DNA of 64,000 nt, taken from contig CAWJIE010000005.1 in the NCBI GenBank assembly GCA_963842885.1, positions 96,001-160,000 on the forward strand, given 5' to 3'. The stretch comes from an uncultured Nitrososphaerota archaeon. Lineage in GTDB: Archaea > Thermoproteota > Nitrososphaeria > Conexivisphaerales > DTJL01. The position numbers and the translations under genes were made by a program. The notes below the pieces were generated by a model. That model was not told the DNA's origin. It saw only the letters and a list, made by a program, of their open reading frames with translations, and ran no database searches. Shown here piece by piece: positions 18,232 through 28,497 of the stretch (within the stretch, counting starts at the first letter, position 1; the number at the start of each line of letters is the position of its first letter).

Positions 18232-20118
18232 TCAGGAAAACTGGGACGGTTTCACGTAGTCCCCGAACTTGGAGCGTGTTTCACGGAGCCTGGCGCGTTG
18301 CATTCCCAGGACATCGTAGAGCCTCTGTGGCACGTGCTCCATTCCCCTATAGGTTTTCTCCACCCTGTCCAGCTTGGCCAGGCGCTCGGGAATCCTGAGA
18401 GTGAACTGCTCGTCGTAGGCCTCCTGGGTGTAGGGCCTCCCTAAGACCTCGGAGAAGAGCCTCTTCAGGTCGGAGTATATCGGTATCCTGCCAGTGGGAG
18501 TCTCTATGGCCTGGACATCTCCGTGGGTCCGGAGCTCCATCCACTTGAACCAGACGCGCTTGTCCGTCTTGTCGTTGAGGAACCTCCCCTCCTTGTTGCG
18601 AAGAAAGTAATTCACACCGAAGATCTTCGGCTGGTGCTCTAGTTCCTCTCCGAAACGCAAGTTGTCCTCAACATAACGACCGACCGGGATGGAGAGGAAG
18701 TCGAGGTTCGACATTGGATTGAACTCCCTGACCCCCTCCTTGCCCAGCGTGGCCGCCGTCGTCTCAGACTCTAGGCAGGCGCCGAACGTGACGATCCCGT
18801 GCTCCCAGCCGATGGACTCTTCGACAGGCACGCATGTGTCTGAATCTCTTCCGCCGTACACGATGGCGCCCACCTCCACACCCGCAGGGTCTTCGATGAC
18901 CGGGTCCAGGTTGCTGAACAGGTCGAGCGAGACCGTGAAGCGAGCGTTCAGGTGAGAAACGGGCACATCCTTGCCTTTCTCGTCCTTCTTCCCCTGCCAC
19001 CACTTCCCGCTGTGATTGATCCCAGCAGCAGGCATTGCGACGTCCGCTCCGTCCCAGAAGACCCCCCCGTCGCTGGTCACGAGCACATTGGAGAAGATGA
19101 TCTCGCCGGGGCTGTGGAGGACCTTCCACTGAATGGAGTCGTCCCTGGAGTTGATTCCCTGGATGATACCGAAGACGCCCTTCTCCACGTTCACCGAGCG
19201 AACGCTTCCGTTCACTTTGCGCAAGTAGGCTATGTCGTCGCCAACTATCCTCTCCCCTTCGAGCATGGCGGTGGAGGTCTTCCCGCACATCGACGGAAAC
19301 GCCCCCGTGAAGTACGTCCTCCTCCCGCCGGGGCCGTTGACCCCCATAACCAGCATGTGCTCCGTGAGCCAGCCTTCTCTGGATGCCCTGACGATGGCGA
19401 GCCTCATGGCGAGCTTCTTCAGCCCGATGGAGTTCCCGCCGTACTGGGTGTTGACGCTGTAGACCGTCTCCCCGTCCAGGTCGATGTAGATCCTTCTCAT
19501 GCCCAGGTTCTTTGACGTCCTCCGCTCGTCCAGCTCCCCCTCAGAATGGACGAACTTGAACGGCCTGGCGCTGGCTCCCTGGCGAATGAACTCCTCGTAC
19601 CCCTGGCGGTAAAGTATGTCTTCGCTGTGGGCGACGTAGCTGGAGTCGGTTATCTGGACGCAGGGGATGGAGAAAATGGAGCCCACGGGACCGAGACAAT
19701 AGAACGACACGAACATGCGGCGGCCCGCCATGATGCCCTTCAAAAGAGACCTCACTTCCTCAAGCCTCTCCTGCCTTTCGCCCGTCCTGATGCCAGGTCC
19801 CAGATTCACTCCGGCCGGGAGAAGGATCTGGGTGTGCTCCCTGTCCCTTCCCTGATCATAGTAGTTCTCAAAGTGGGCGGTGTGGCCTTCGGTCGAAAGG
19901 CGGGACTCTTCGCCGTCGGCGACCGCGGCCTCTCGGATGAAAATGAAGTCCTTGGGAGTGCTGGCGGAGACGTAGACGCTCAATGGATCGCAGAGCTCGA
20001 CGTATTCCGCAACGAACCTGAGCACGTCATCGCTTCGAATCGCTTCAAGGCGACCAAAGTCCTTCGGTGACAATCGGCCCTTCAGAAAGACCGACGCGCT
20101 GGTCTCAGTAGCTGTCAT
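18232..20118 (-). CDS. pckG: Phosphoenolpyruvate carboxykinase (GTP)
   Basis: YGGNSIGLKK, WLTEHM, GAFPSMCGKTS, VGDDIAY, YGGRD, FNPMSNLDF. Confidence 0.95.
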   Translation of the reverse strand: MTATETSASVFLKGRLSPKDFGRLEAIRSDDVLRFVAEYVELCDPLSVYVSASTPKDFIFIREAAVADGEESRLSTEGHTAHFENYYDQGRDREHTQILLPAGVNLGPGIRTGERQERLEEVRSLLKGIMAGRRMFVSFYCLGPVGSIFSIPCVQITDSSYVAHSEDILYRQGYEEFIRQGASARPFKFVHSEGELDERRTSKNLGMRRIYIDLDGETVYSVNTQYGGNSIGLKKLAMRLAIVRASREGWLTEHMLVMGVNGPGGRRTYFTGAFPSMCGKTSTAMLEGERIVGDDIAYLRKVNGSVRSVNVEKGVFGIIQGINSRDDSIQWKVLHSPGEIIFSNVLVTSDGGVFWDGADVAMPAAGINHSGKWWQGKKDEKGKDVPVSHLNARFTVSLDLFSNLDPVIEDPAGVEVGAIVYGGRDSDTCVPVEESIGWEHGIVTFGACLESETTAATLGKEGVREFNPMSNLDFLSIPVGRYVEDNLRFGEELEHQPKIFGVNYFLRNKEGRFLNDKTDKRVWFKWMELRTHGDVQAIETPTGRIPIYSDLKRLFSEVLGRPYTQEAYDEQFTLRIPERLAKLDRVEKTYRGMEHVPQRLYDVLGMQRARLRETRSKFGDYVKPSQFS

Positions 20119-20235
20119 CTGGTTCCCTGAAACTGCACAAACGGTCTGCGAACTATTTTAGTCTTTGTTCGGCAGGAAGTTGCAAGAAAAAGGGAACGAT
20201 CCCGACCCGTCGTCCCTCAGATAGACGTCGACATC

Positions 20236-21528
20236 CTACCTGAAGGTGGAGGTGCCCCACTTCTTCAGGGCCTCTTTCAGTTCCTTGCTCTTGGCCGCAT
20301 ACTCCTGTAAGGGCGTCCCCTGCTGGTAGGCGTCAATGGCATCCCGGAGCGCCTTGGCTCCGGCCCTCCCGCCAGCTGGATGACCCCAGATGCCTCCCCC
20401 GAGCTGCACCACGATGTCGGTGCCAAGGATGTCGAACAGCTGCGGAAGGAGGCCGACGTGAAGGCCACCGGAGCAGACGGGGAAGACAGGCTTCATTCCG
20501 TGCCAATCGGTACCCAGAAGGTGACCACGGCTGTCCGTGCTGGGCGAGGTGATCTTGTCTTCCAGCGTCCGCACCTCGGCCCTCGACGCTTCGAGCTTCC
20601 CCACGACAGTGCCGATGTGAAGCTGGTCGACGCCTATGAGCCGGCATGTCTCGGCGACGACCGCCATGCTCATCCCATGGTTGGGGCTTCTGGTGAAGGC
20701 GGCATGGAAGGCTCTATGGGCATGTATCGCCAGCCCGAGATCACCGGCCGCCTCCCTGAGCGTCTGCAAGGCAGCCCAGCCAGCGGTAATTACATCGATC
20801 ATGATGTACTCCCCGCCCAAGTCCTTCACCAGCTTCGCACGCCGCACCATCTCGTTAGTCTCGGCCGTGATGTTTATCAGGTAGCTCTTGCGCTCGCCCG
20901 TCTCCTTCTCGGCCATGTCCCTGTACCGGAAGGTCTCCCTGGCCCTAGCCTCGAACGGGTTGAAGCCCTGGCTGGTGAGGTTCTCGTCGTCCTTCAGGAG
21001 GTCCAGGCCGCCCAGCCATGCTTCGTAGCCGTAGAGGGCGTGCTCCTTGTATGTGAGGCCTAGCTTAGGCTTAGGAACGGAGGCGGTGAGTGGGCGCTTC
21101 GGGACCTTCATGAAACTCCTTATCCCCTGCCTGCCGAAGCCCGGCCCGCTAAAAGAGCGCACCAACTCCTCGGGCCAGAAGACGTCCACCAGCCTCAGAC
21201 TCCTGAGGGCCTTCATGCCGAAGACGTTCCCCGCTATGCTGCTCATTACCTGGGGCATGTTCCCAGGCTCAAAGAGCTCCAGGGGGTAGGACACGAAGAC
21301 ATATTCGCCATCTAGTCTGTAGGCGTGGGCCATGATGTCCCTCACTTCTTTCGTGAGGGTGGTGAGGGTGGTCCATGTTCCCACGCTGCTCTCAGAGGCG
21401 ACGCGCCCGGCCGCCTCCTCCATGGAGAAGCCCCTTGATGGCCTGACCTTGAATGCCGCCACCAGCTCGCCCTCCGAAGGCTCGTGCTTGAAGTCGAGAA
21501 AATCGGAATACCATTCGATCTTCTTCAT
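20236..21528 (-). CDS. rbcL: Form III RuBisCO
   Basis: ESSVGTWT, PKPKLG, GLDLLKDDENL, HAHRAFH, SGGLH, GGGIWGHP; catalytic residues intact. Confidence 0.95.
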   Translation of the reverse strand: MKKIEWYSDFLDFKHEPSEGELVAAFKVRPSRGFSMEEAAGRVASESSVGTWTTLTTLTKEVRDIMAHAYRLDGEYVFVSYPLELFEPGNMPQVMSSIAGNVFGMKALRSLRLVDVFWPEELVRSFSGPGFGRQGIRSFMKVPKRPLTASVPKPKLGLTYKEHALYGYEAWLGGLDLLKDDENLTSQGFNPFEARARETFRYRDMAEKETGERKSYLINITAETNEMVRRAKLVKDLGGEYIMIDVITAGWAALQTLREAAGDLGLAIHAHRAFHAAFTRSPNHGMSMAVVAETCRLIGVDQLHIGTVVGKLEASRAEVRTLEDKITSPSTDSRGHLLGTDWHGMKPVFPVCSGGLHVGLLPQLFDILGTDIVVQLGGGIWGHPAGGRAGAKALRDAIDAYQQGTPLQEYAAKSKELKEALKKWGTSTFR

Positions 21529-21736
21529 GTCTGCTTTTCCGAGATGTTACAGTGCCTCATACCCATATATGTCTGCGGCCAAAAGCGTCGGGGGAAATGC
21601 AGCGCCCTCCTTGGGGACGGCCGAGAAGAGGGCGGCTGAAGTTGCGCTATCCGTCGCCAAGTCTGCTGATTGCGAGGCTGGCCGTCCCGAATTAGCCAAG
21701 ACCATTTTTTATATTCGTGGAGTCCGCACATCACCC

Positions 21737-23065
21737 ATGAGCCAGCCTAGGAGGGCAGTGATCCTTGGAGCTGCTGGGCGAGACTTCCACAATTTCAACG
21801 TCTTCTTCCGAGAGAATCCCGCCTATGAAGTGGCGGCCTTCACGGCCACGCAGATACCTTACATATCGAACCGGACGTACCCGCGCTCCCTGGCTGGGCC
21901 CAGGTACCCTTCGGGCATCCCGATAGTCCCCGAGTCCGAGCTGTCTTCTCTCATCGAAAAGCAGGGGGTCGACGACGTCTTCTTCTCCTACAGCGACGTC
22001 ACCCACGAGCAGGTCATGCATCTGGCCTCCATGGTCTTGGCTGGGGGAGCCTCCTTTCACCTTCTCGGGCCCAAGGACACCATGATTCCCTCACGTAGAC
22101 CTGTCGTGGCAGTCGTAGGGAGCAGGACGGGAGTGGGCAAGTCCACCATTTCCAGGCACGTCTTCAGGACGCTCTCTGACCTGGGCTGGAAGCCGGTGGT
22201 GGTTAGACATCCGATGCCCTATGGGAACTTCGACCGGGCTGTCGAGAGATATGCCACTGTCGACGACGTCGTGAAGTCGGGCATAACGGTGGAGGAGATG
22301 GAGGAGTACGAGCAGCACGTCGAGCAGGGAGGGGTCATTTACTCTGGAATCGACTACGGAGAGATCCTGAAGCAGGCAGAGAAGGAGGGGGACTTGGTGC
22401 TGTGGGACGGAGGCAACAACGACATGTCGTTCTACAAACCCAACCTGACGATAACGGTGCTGGACCCCACGAGGCCGGGACAGGAGGCGAAGTACCACCC
22501 TGGAGAGGCGAACGTCAGGATGGCTGACATCATAGTGGTCAACAAGGTCAACGTGGCGGCGAAGCAGGAAACGGAAAGGACCATGGCCGCGGCCAGGGAG
22601 CTCAACCCGAAGGCCGAAATCGCCCTCACCGAGTCGGTCGAAACAATCGACAAGCCGGAGCTGGTCAAGGGCAAGGATGTGCTGGTCGTGGAGGACGGGC
22701 CGTCGGTGACCCATGGGGGGCTTTCAGAAGCCGTGGGCGCCAGGGCGGCGCGGCTCTACGGCGCCAGGCTGGTAGACCCGAGGAGCTACGCCGTTGGCTC
22801 GATAAAGGAGGCATATTCGAAGTTCAAGCAGATGGGGCTCGTGATGCCGTCATTGGGGTACAGCAAGGAGCAGCTCAAGGACCTCGAAGATTCCATCAAT
22901 GGAGTCCCGTGCGACGCCGTGCTCCTGGGCACGCCGGCCAACCTGGCGCTCGTGCTCCATATTGTGAAACCCGTGGCGAGAGTCAAGTTCGCGGCCAAAG
23001 ACGCTTCCACCCCGTCGCTTTCGGAGCTCCTCAAGCTGCACGCGGGCGGCTTCAGGCGCGAGTGA
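21737..23065 (+). CDS. COG2403 P-loop enzyme (cyclic 2,3-diphosphoglycerate synthetase-like / arginine synthetase ArcE-like)
   Basis: GAAGRDFHNFN, RTGVGKS, RHPMPYG, EEMEEYE, WDGGNND, VEDGPSVTHG. Confidence 0.8.
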   Translation: MSQPRRAVILGAAGRDFHNFNVFFRENPAYEVAAFTATQIPYISNRTYPRSLAGPRYPSGIPIVPESELSSLIEKQGVDDVFFSYSDVTHEQVMHLASMVLAGGASFHLLGPKDTMIPSRRPVVAVVGSRTGVGKSTISRHVFRTLSDLGWKPVVVRHPMPYGNFDRAVERYATVDDVVKSGITVEEMEEYEQHVEQGGVIYSGIDYGEILKQAEKEGDLVLWDGGNNDMSFYKPNLTITVLDPTRPGQEAKYHPGEANVRMADIIVVNKVNVAAKQETERTMAAARELNPKAEIALTESVETIDKPELVKGKDVLVVEDGPSVTHGGLSEAVGARAARLYGARLVDPRSYAVGSIKEAYSKFKQMGLVMPSLGYSKEQLKDLEDSINGVPCDAVLLGTPANLALVLHIVKPVARVKFAAKDASTPSLSELLKLHAGGFRRE

Positions 23066-23176
23066 AGGCCGTCCTAGCCCACGTCTTCGTTGGCTCTTCG
23101 AACCCCTCCCGAGAGGGCTGCAGCGGTGCGCCGAACGAGATACGTTTAAGAGCGAACTTGAGCAAGGATTCGTTCG

Positions 23177-24871
23177 ATGTCGCTGCCGGGTAACATCGAC
23201 AAGGCCCTCGACATAGCCAGGAGACGGGGCTTTTTCTGGCCGGCATACGAGACCTACGGCGGCTCCGCCGGCCTTTTCGTGTTCGGCGATAACGGAGTGA
23301 AGACTCGCGAAAACATCGCGTCGGTGTGGAGGGAGATATTCGTAAAACCGCACGAATTCTTCGAAATAGATGGCCCCGAGTTAGTGCCTGAGCAGATTCT
23401 CGAGGCATCCGGACACGTGGCCAATTTCAAGGACCCGATGGCTGAGTGTCTTGCCTGCCACAGGAAGTTCAGGGCCGACCATCTCCTCGCGGACGTCGGG
23501 ATACTGGTGGGAGAAGGAGCACCTTTGGAGACGATCGAAGCCAGGCTGGCAGAGGGAAAGGTGAGGTGTCCGGAATGCAAGGAGCAGAAGTGGAGCGTTC
23601 GACCCTTCCTCACCATGTTCAAGACAGGCCTGGGCCCGTACAGCGAGGCTGCGGGTTACCTCCGGCCCGAAACCGCGCAGAACATGTTCGTCGAGTTCAA
23701 GCGCATCTTTGAGGTCGGCCGGGGGAGGATCCCCTTCGGAGCGGCACAAGTGGGTAGGGGCTTCAGGAACGAGATTTCACCTCGCCAGTCGCTGGTGCGG
23801 ATGAGGGAGTTCCACATGGCCGAGGTCGAGCTCTTCTTCGATCCGGACGAGCCAGCGTGTGACTTCCTTAGGTTCGTCGAAGACGAGGTCCTGAACCTGC
23901 TCACCGAGGAGGAGGTGGAGGCGCAGAAGGAGGAGGTTCTGTCTGAAAGCGTCAAGGTGGCCCTGGCCAGGGGCCACATCAAGACGCCCTGGCTTGGGTA
24001 CTTCATGGCCCTGTCGAAGCTGTTCCTTGGTAGGCTCGGGATCCCGGCTGACAAACAGAGGTTTAGGGCCAAGGTGAAGGGCGAGAGGGCCCACTATTCC
24101 GTGCAGACGTACGACCATGAAGTCCTCCTGGACGGATGGGGCTGGATTGAGGTGGCCGGACACGCCTACAGGACGGACTACGATCTGAGGTCCCACATGA
24201 AGAAGACGGGCGCCGACTACTCTGTCTCGATTCAGCTCGCGAGCCCCAAGAGGATGACGAAGAGGATCTGGAGCCTGGACGTGTCAGCGGTCAAGGCGAA
24301 GTACAAGGAGGACTGGAAGGACCTCTTGAAGGCGTATGCCTCCCTGAAGGAGGACGCCAGAGAGATGGACGTTCCCAGGGAGCTGGGCGGGATCGCTCTG
24401 GACCCCTCTGTCGTCCAGACGTCGACCAAGGAGGAGGTCATCGCCTCCAAGAAGCTGATCCCGCATGTCGTCGAGCCGAGCTTCGGTCTGGACAGGATCG
24501 TCCTCGCGACGATGGTTCTGGACCTCTACCGCAAGGAAGACCGCGACATACTGAAGTTACCCAGTCGCATAGCGCCCGTTCAGGTGGGGGTGCTCCCGCT
24601 GCTCTCGAAGGACGACATGATAGCGGAAGCCTTGGCGATTCAGACCAGCCTCGAGGCCGCGGGAGTAAGCACGTTCTACGACGAGTCGGGCTCGATAGGG
24701 AAGAGATACGCGCGCCTTGACGAGATCGGGGCTCCCCTGGCGGTGACCGTTGACTATGACACGATTTCGAAGGGGCTGGTGACCATCAGGGAGAGAGATA
24801 CGTGGGAGCAGGTGTCCGTCAGCAGAGACGACCTCCTGTCGAAGATTAAGGGGCTGCTGGGTCGTCCTTAG
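23177..24871 (+). CDS. glyS: Glycyl-tRNA synthetase (archaeal/eukaryotic alpha2 type)
   Basis: RRGFFWP, YLRPETAQ, FRNEISPRQ, RAHYS, VVEPSFGLDR, GSIGKRYARLDEIG. Confidence 0.95.
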   Translation: MSLPGNIDKALDIARRRGFFWPAYETYGGSAGLFVFGDNGVKTRENIASVWREIFVKPHEFFEIDGPELVPEQILEASGHVANFKDPMAECLACHRKFRADHLLADVGILVGEGAPLETIEARLAEGKVRCPECKEQKWSVRPFLTMFKTGLGPYSEAAGYLRPETAQNMFVEFKRIFEVGRGRIPFGAAQVGRGFRNEISPRQSLVRMREFHMAEVELFFDPDEPACDFLRFVEDEVLNLLTEEEVEAQKEEVLSESVKVALARGHIKTPWLGYFMALSKLFLGRLGIPADKQRFRAKVKGERAHYSVQTYDHEVLLDGWGWIEVAGHAYRTDYDLRSHMKKTGADYSVSIQLASPKRMTKRIWSLDVSAVKAKYKEDWKDLLKAYASLKEDAREMDVPRELGGIALDPSVVQTSTKEEVIASKKLIPHVVEPSFGLDRIVLATMVLDLYRKEDRDILKLPSRIAPVQVGVLPLLSKDDMIAEALAIQTSLEAAGVSTFYDESGSIGKRYARLDEIGAPLAVTVDYDTISKGLVTIRERDTWEQVSVSRDDLLSKIKGLLGRP

Positions 24872-24903
24872 ATACGCTTCAATATCGATTATCGATTTCT
24901 GGA

Positions 24904-25218
24904 GTGGGTGTGACGCGACTGACCCTCCTGCTGGAGCGAGGGCTCTTTGGGGTCTACGTCTTTTGGAGCTGTCACAAGGAGACGATGTGCGGTGACGACT
25001 TCATCACCCCCGAGTTGAAACATGGCCACGAGCTGAGCGCCGGGAGGTTATACCCCGTCCTGGCGGAGCTAGCCGATGCCGGCTACCTTCTGGTCGAGGA
25101 GAGGAACGAGCACAGCAAGCTCCACAAGTAATATCGCACGACTGAGCTCGGAATGAGCAAGCTTTCGGCCATAAGGAGGGACTTGGGGCTCCGATGAAAG
25201 AGTTCCTCATCGATTGAC
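24904..25218 (+). pseudogene. PadR family regulator, frameshifted or degraded
   Basis: ELKHGHELSAGRLYPVLAELADAGYL..EERNEH; the frame breaks at ~25128 and continues YRTTELG in another frame. Confidence 0.55.
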
Positions 25219-25264
25219 TTCACGATTGACAGATTCCATTCCATAGAACGGGTGCTTTCGAGGC

Positions 25265-25450
25265 GTGGTGGCGGACCTGAAATCGGAGAAGAATAAGGGG
25301 TACCTGAGGAGGAGCGGCTACCTAAGGTACTTTGGGCCCGCCCTGATGGTCAGCGTGGCGTGCTTTGATCCTGTCAACTTCGGGGTCGACATGGCTGGAG
25401 GAGCGGCGTTCAACGTGTACCTCCTGATCGGGTCCCTCTGGGTCCAGATG
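25265..25450 (+). pseudogene. N-terminal fragment of an MntH/NRAMP transporter
   Basis: YFGPALMVSVACFDPVNFGVDMAGGAAF is a degenerate DPGN motif; truncated. Confidence 0.6.
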
Positions 25451-25451
25451 G

Positions 25452-26186
25452 CTAGGAGGGGTTCAAAAGATGTTTCAGCAGGTCGCTATGCTTCTTTTCA
25501 TCTGCTTCTATTGACGCCAGTAGAGCCGTAATGATCCTGTCCGGGAAGAACTGCTTTACGGCGTCAAGGTTGTGGACGTGCGCCGTCTCCTCGTAGGAAA
25601 GCAGCTTCTGCAGCTGCTCGTCGTCCGGGAGGTCGGCCTCAGTCGGCTCGTCCCTCTCTATGTTGCCTATGATGGTCATCACTATGTCGGCATGTCTTAT
25701 GCTGTCGCTGGCCACACCTCTGAAGAGCAACCTCGTCAGGTCGTTCCGCAGGTTGACCGCGACCCCCATGAACAGCTCGGCGGCCTCCTGCTCGGCCTGG
25801 AGCCTCCCTCTGAGGGTGGTCAGAAGCTTCTCCCTGCCCTGCCTCTGGAAGGAATCCGCCTCCGTCTTCGCCACGGCCTTCCTTTGAAGCAACCCGGATA
25901 CTTCATAGATCAGCTCGAAGAACTCGGCCTGGAACATCCTGCCTTCTCGCAAGGCGATCCTGTCGCAGAGGTCGTCCACCAGTTGCAGCACGTCGGGGCG
26001 AGACAGCACCTTGACCTGCGCTGCGGCCCTTTCGCCCTTCATGTACTGGGTGACCGCCGACGGACTCAGCCCCAAGGCCTCCGCAGCGACCTTCCTCCTC
26101 AGCCCTCGCCTTTCGACAAGCCTCCTCACAAGAAGCGCCCTCAGCCCTGGAACGAGCTTCTCAGCTGTAAGCTGCTCAGTGCGCAT
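25452..26186 (-). CDS. HTH transcriptional regulator fused to a ferritin-like domain
   Basis: N-terminal AAEALGLSPSAVTQYMKGERA; C-terminal EQEAAE..DSIRH..EETAH..DEKKH four-helix bundle pattern. Confidence 0.8.
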   Translation of the reverse strand: MRTEQLTAEKLVPGLRALLVRRLVERRGLRRKVAAEALGLSPSAVTQYMKGERAAAQVKVLSRPDVLQLVDDLCDRIALREGRMFQAEFFELIYEVSGLLQRKAVAKTEADSFQRQGREKLLTTLRGRLQAEQEAAELFMGVAVNLRNDLTRLLFRGVASDSIRHADIVMTIIGNIERDEPTEADLPDDEQLQKLLSYEETAHVHNLDAVKQFFPDRIITALLASIEADEKKHSDLLKHLLNPS

Positions 26187-26409
26187 GAGCCATGCGATGT
26201 TCTGCCCGTCAAATAAAGGTTCCACACTGTGAAAGTCTGTTTGACGACGGGCAGGGAAACGTAAATTCACATCGTCAACTATTCGTTTTACACCAAAAAC
26301 CTCATATCACGCGGATTCGCAGCATGCACAGATAAGCATGGGCCCCCCGGGTAGCGAGCCACCCCATCGAATGCGTCATGCCCATGGGAATCGTGGTCGA
26401 TAGGTCCCG

Positions 26410-27603
26410 ATGAACGTCAGCGGCGCGTCGATCAGGAACTGGGCTCGAATCTTCGGCCCGGCGTGGCTTGTCATGATGGCTGACATCGACATCGCTTCAA
26501 TCATCACCGGGCTCCAGGCGGGGGCGACCTGGGGTTATCGCATGGTCTTCGTGATGCTGGTGCTGACCGTTCCCCTCTTCTTCATCCAGGACGCCGCCGG
26601 GAGGCTGGGCACGGCAGGAGGCATGGGGCTCGGCGAGGCCATCGCATCGTCCTTCGGTCGGAGGACCGCGATCTTGGCTGCAATTCCCATGGCCGCATCC
26701 GATTTCCTTGAGTACGTCGCAGAGTACGCGGGAATAGCCATCGGCCTCTACCTCATCGGGCTTCCCGTCCTGATCGGCCTGGTGGCGGCCTACCTCGTCA
26801 CTACCTCCATAGTGGTGGGCAGGAAATACAGGCAGGCCGAGATGGTACTCCTCCCCCTGAGCTTCCTGGTGGTCGCCAGCATCGCTGTGTCCGCCTTGCT
26901 ATTCCCTGTCGATTTGAGTAAGCTGGTGTCGGTCGGGCTGTCCCCGCTACAGCCTTACGGAGATTCCTCCTTCGACTTCCTCATGGCAGCCAGCATAGGG
27001 GCAGTCGTGATGCCTTGGATGCTCTATTTCCATTCGGGGGCGGATTCCAGGAAGAAGCTGAAGGCGGCCGACCTCAGGTTTGAAAGGCTCGAAACACTCG
27101 TCGGCGCCGTGGTGTCCGAGGTCCTAATGGCCGTCATCGTGGTCGACGGGGCGCACCTCCCCAGCTCCGGCAATTTCCTGAGCACCTCCGAACTGTCTGC
27201 GGCCCTCTCTCCGCTGGGGGCATACGCGCCGGCCCTTCTGGGGATCGGGCTCGTCTGTGCGGGATTCCTGGCCCTGGTCGTGATCTCGTTGGGCTCGGCG
27301 TGGGGGGCGCTGGAGGCTCTCGGGAAGCGCTCCAGGAAGGCCTTCCTGTGGGTGTATGGGCTTGAGAGCATCCCCGCGTTGGCAGTCGTGCTCCTAGTCG
27401 GCAACTATGTCCACCTCCTCCTGAGCCTGATGGTGACCTTCACAATCATAATCATCCCCTCTCTGTACTTCCTTGGGAAGCTCGTTGCCGACAGGAAGGT
27501 CATGAATGGCAGGCATTATGGCAGGCGCGAGATGGCCGTCTACTGGTTGATGTCCCTGGGGATCGTCGTTGGAGGGATCCTGGGGCTGGCTTCCGTCTTC
27601 TAG
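26410..27603 (+). CDS. NRAMP-family divalent metal transporter
   Basis: FGPAWLVMMADIDIASIITGLQAGATWGY, IGAVVMPWMLYFHS; ~11 TM. Confidence 0.85.
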   Translation: MNVSGASIRNWARIFGPAWLVMMADIDIASIITGLQAGATWGYRMVFVMLVLTVPLFFIQDAAGRLGTAGGMGLGEAIASSFGRRTAILAAIPMAASDFLEYVAEYAGIAIGLYLIGLPVLIGLVAAYLVTTSIVVGRKYRQAEMVLLPLSFLVVASIAVSALLFPVDLSKLVSVGLSPLQPYGDSSFDFLMAASIGAVVMPWMLYFHSGADSRKKLKAADLRFERLETLVGAVVSEVLMAVIVVDGAHLPSSGNFLSTSELSAALSPLGAYAPALLGIGLVCAGFLALVVISLGSAWGALEALGKRSRKAFLWVYGLESIPALAVVLLVGNYVHLLLSLMVTFTIIIIPSLYFLGKLVADRKVMNGRHYGRREMAVYWLMSLGIVVGGILGLASVF

Positions 27604-27670
27604 GGGCACGGGGGCCGGCTGGGAGAGGCCTCGACCATCCGCGCGAAACCTGGGCACGACCGAGTGGAAC

Positions 27671-28472
27671 CTAGGCGTAGAATGCTAAGAGAGCGAACGC
27701 CACGGCCACGACGTCGGAGATGAGGTTGACTTCGTTGTTGCCGACGGCCTTCCATCCCTTGACCCACTTCGTCGGCTGACCACAATGAACCCTCTTCTCG
27801 GTCATCATGCCGCACGAGCCGCACGTGTAGAGGACCTGGACTAGCGCTTCCAAGGAGGCTGTCGACGTTGCAGCCCACGAAACCCGCCAGAGCGGCGATG
27901 AGGATGTAGGCGAGCGGAGAGGCCAGCACACCCAGTGCGGCAGCGAAGAGAGCCATGATGAGCGAGCCAAGGAGGGCCGCCATCTCTCCCAGTAGGGTCA
28001 CACCGCCGCTAATCCCCGGGGGCGTAACAGAGCTCGGCCGGTTGATTAGGATAGGCCTCTTGTCGCTCAGAAGGCCGATTTCGGTGGCGAGCGTGTCGGC
28101 CGCAGCGGAGGCTATGGCAGCGACAAAGAGGACCGTGAAGACGGGACTGGGCTCGAAATGGTTGATTATGGAGATGGAGGCAGCGACGGCCCCGTTGGCG
28201 ACGACGTTACGGATGCCCCGGGCTCCCCTCTTCTCTTCGGCTGCATGGATGGAGAGCTTGAACTGATAGCGGTACCTCGTCGCGCCCGAACCCAGGACCA
28301 GGAAGGCGATAAGCACTGATACCCAGGCCCAGCCGGAAGTAGCAGCGATGAGCAGGCCCAAGCTGAAGCCAGAGACGCTCCCCCAGACGTCCGTCGCGCC
28401 AAGGCGATATGCCGCGACCGATATCCCGAGAAGGGCGAGCGTCCCCAGGATGTTGACGAGTACACCCTCCAC
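27671..28472 (-). CDS. DUF92/TMEM19 family membrane protein (one frameshift near 27845)
   Basis: RGIRNVVANG, ADTLATEIG, GISGGVTLLGE, VDSLLG, continuing LVQVLYTC..NNEVN in a second frame. Confidence 0.8.
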
Positions 28473-28497
28473 AACAGGAGAGGTCTTCTGATAATTC

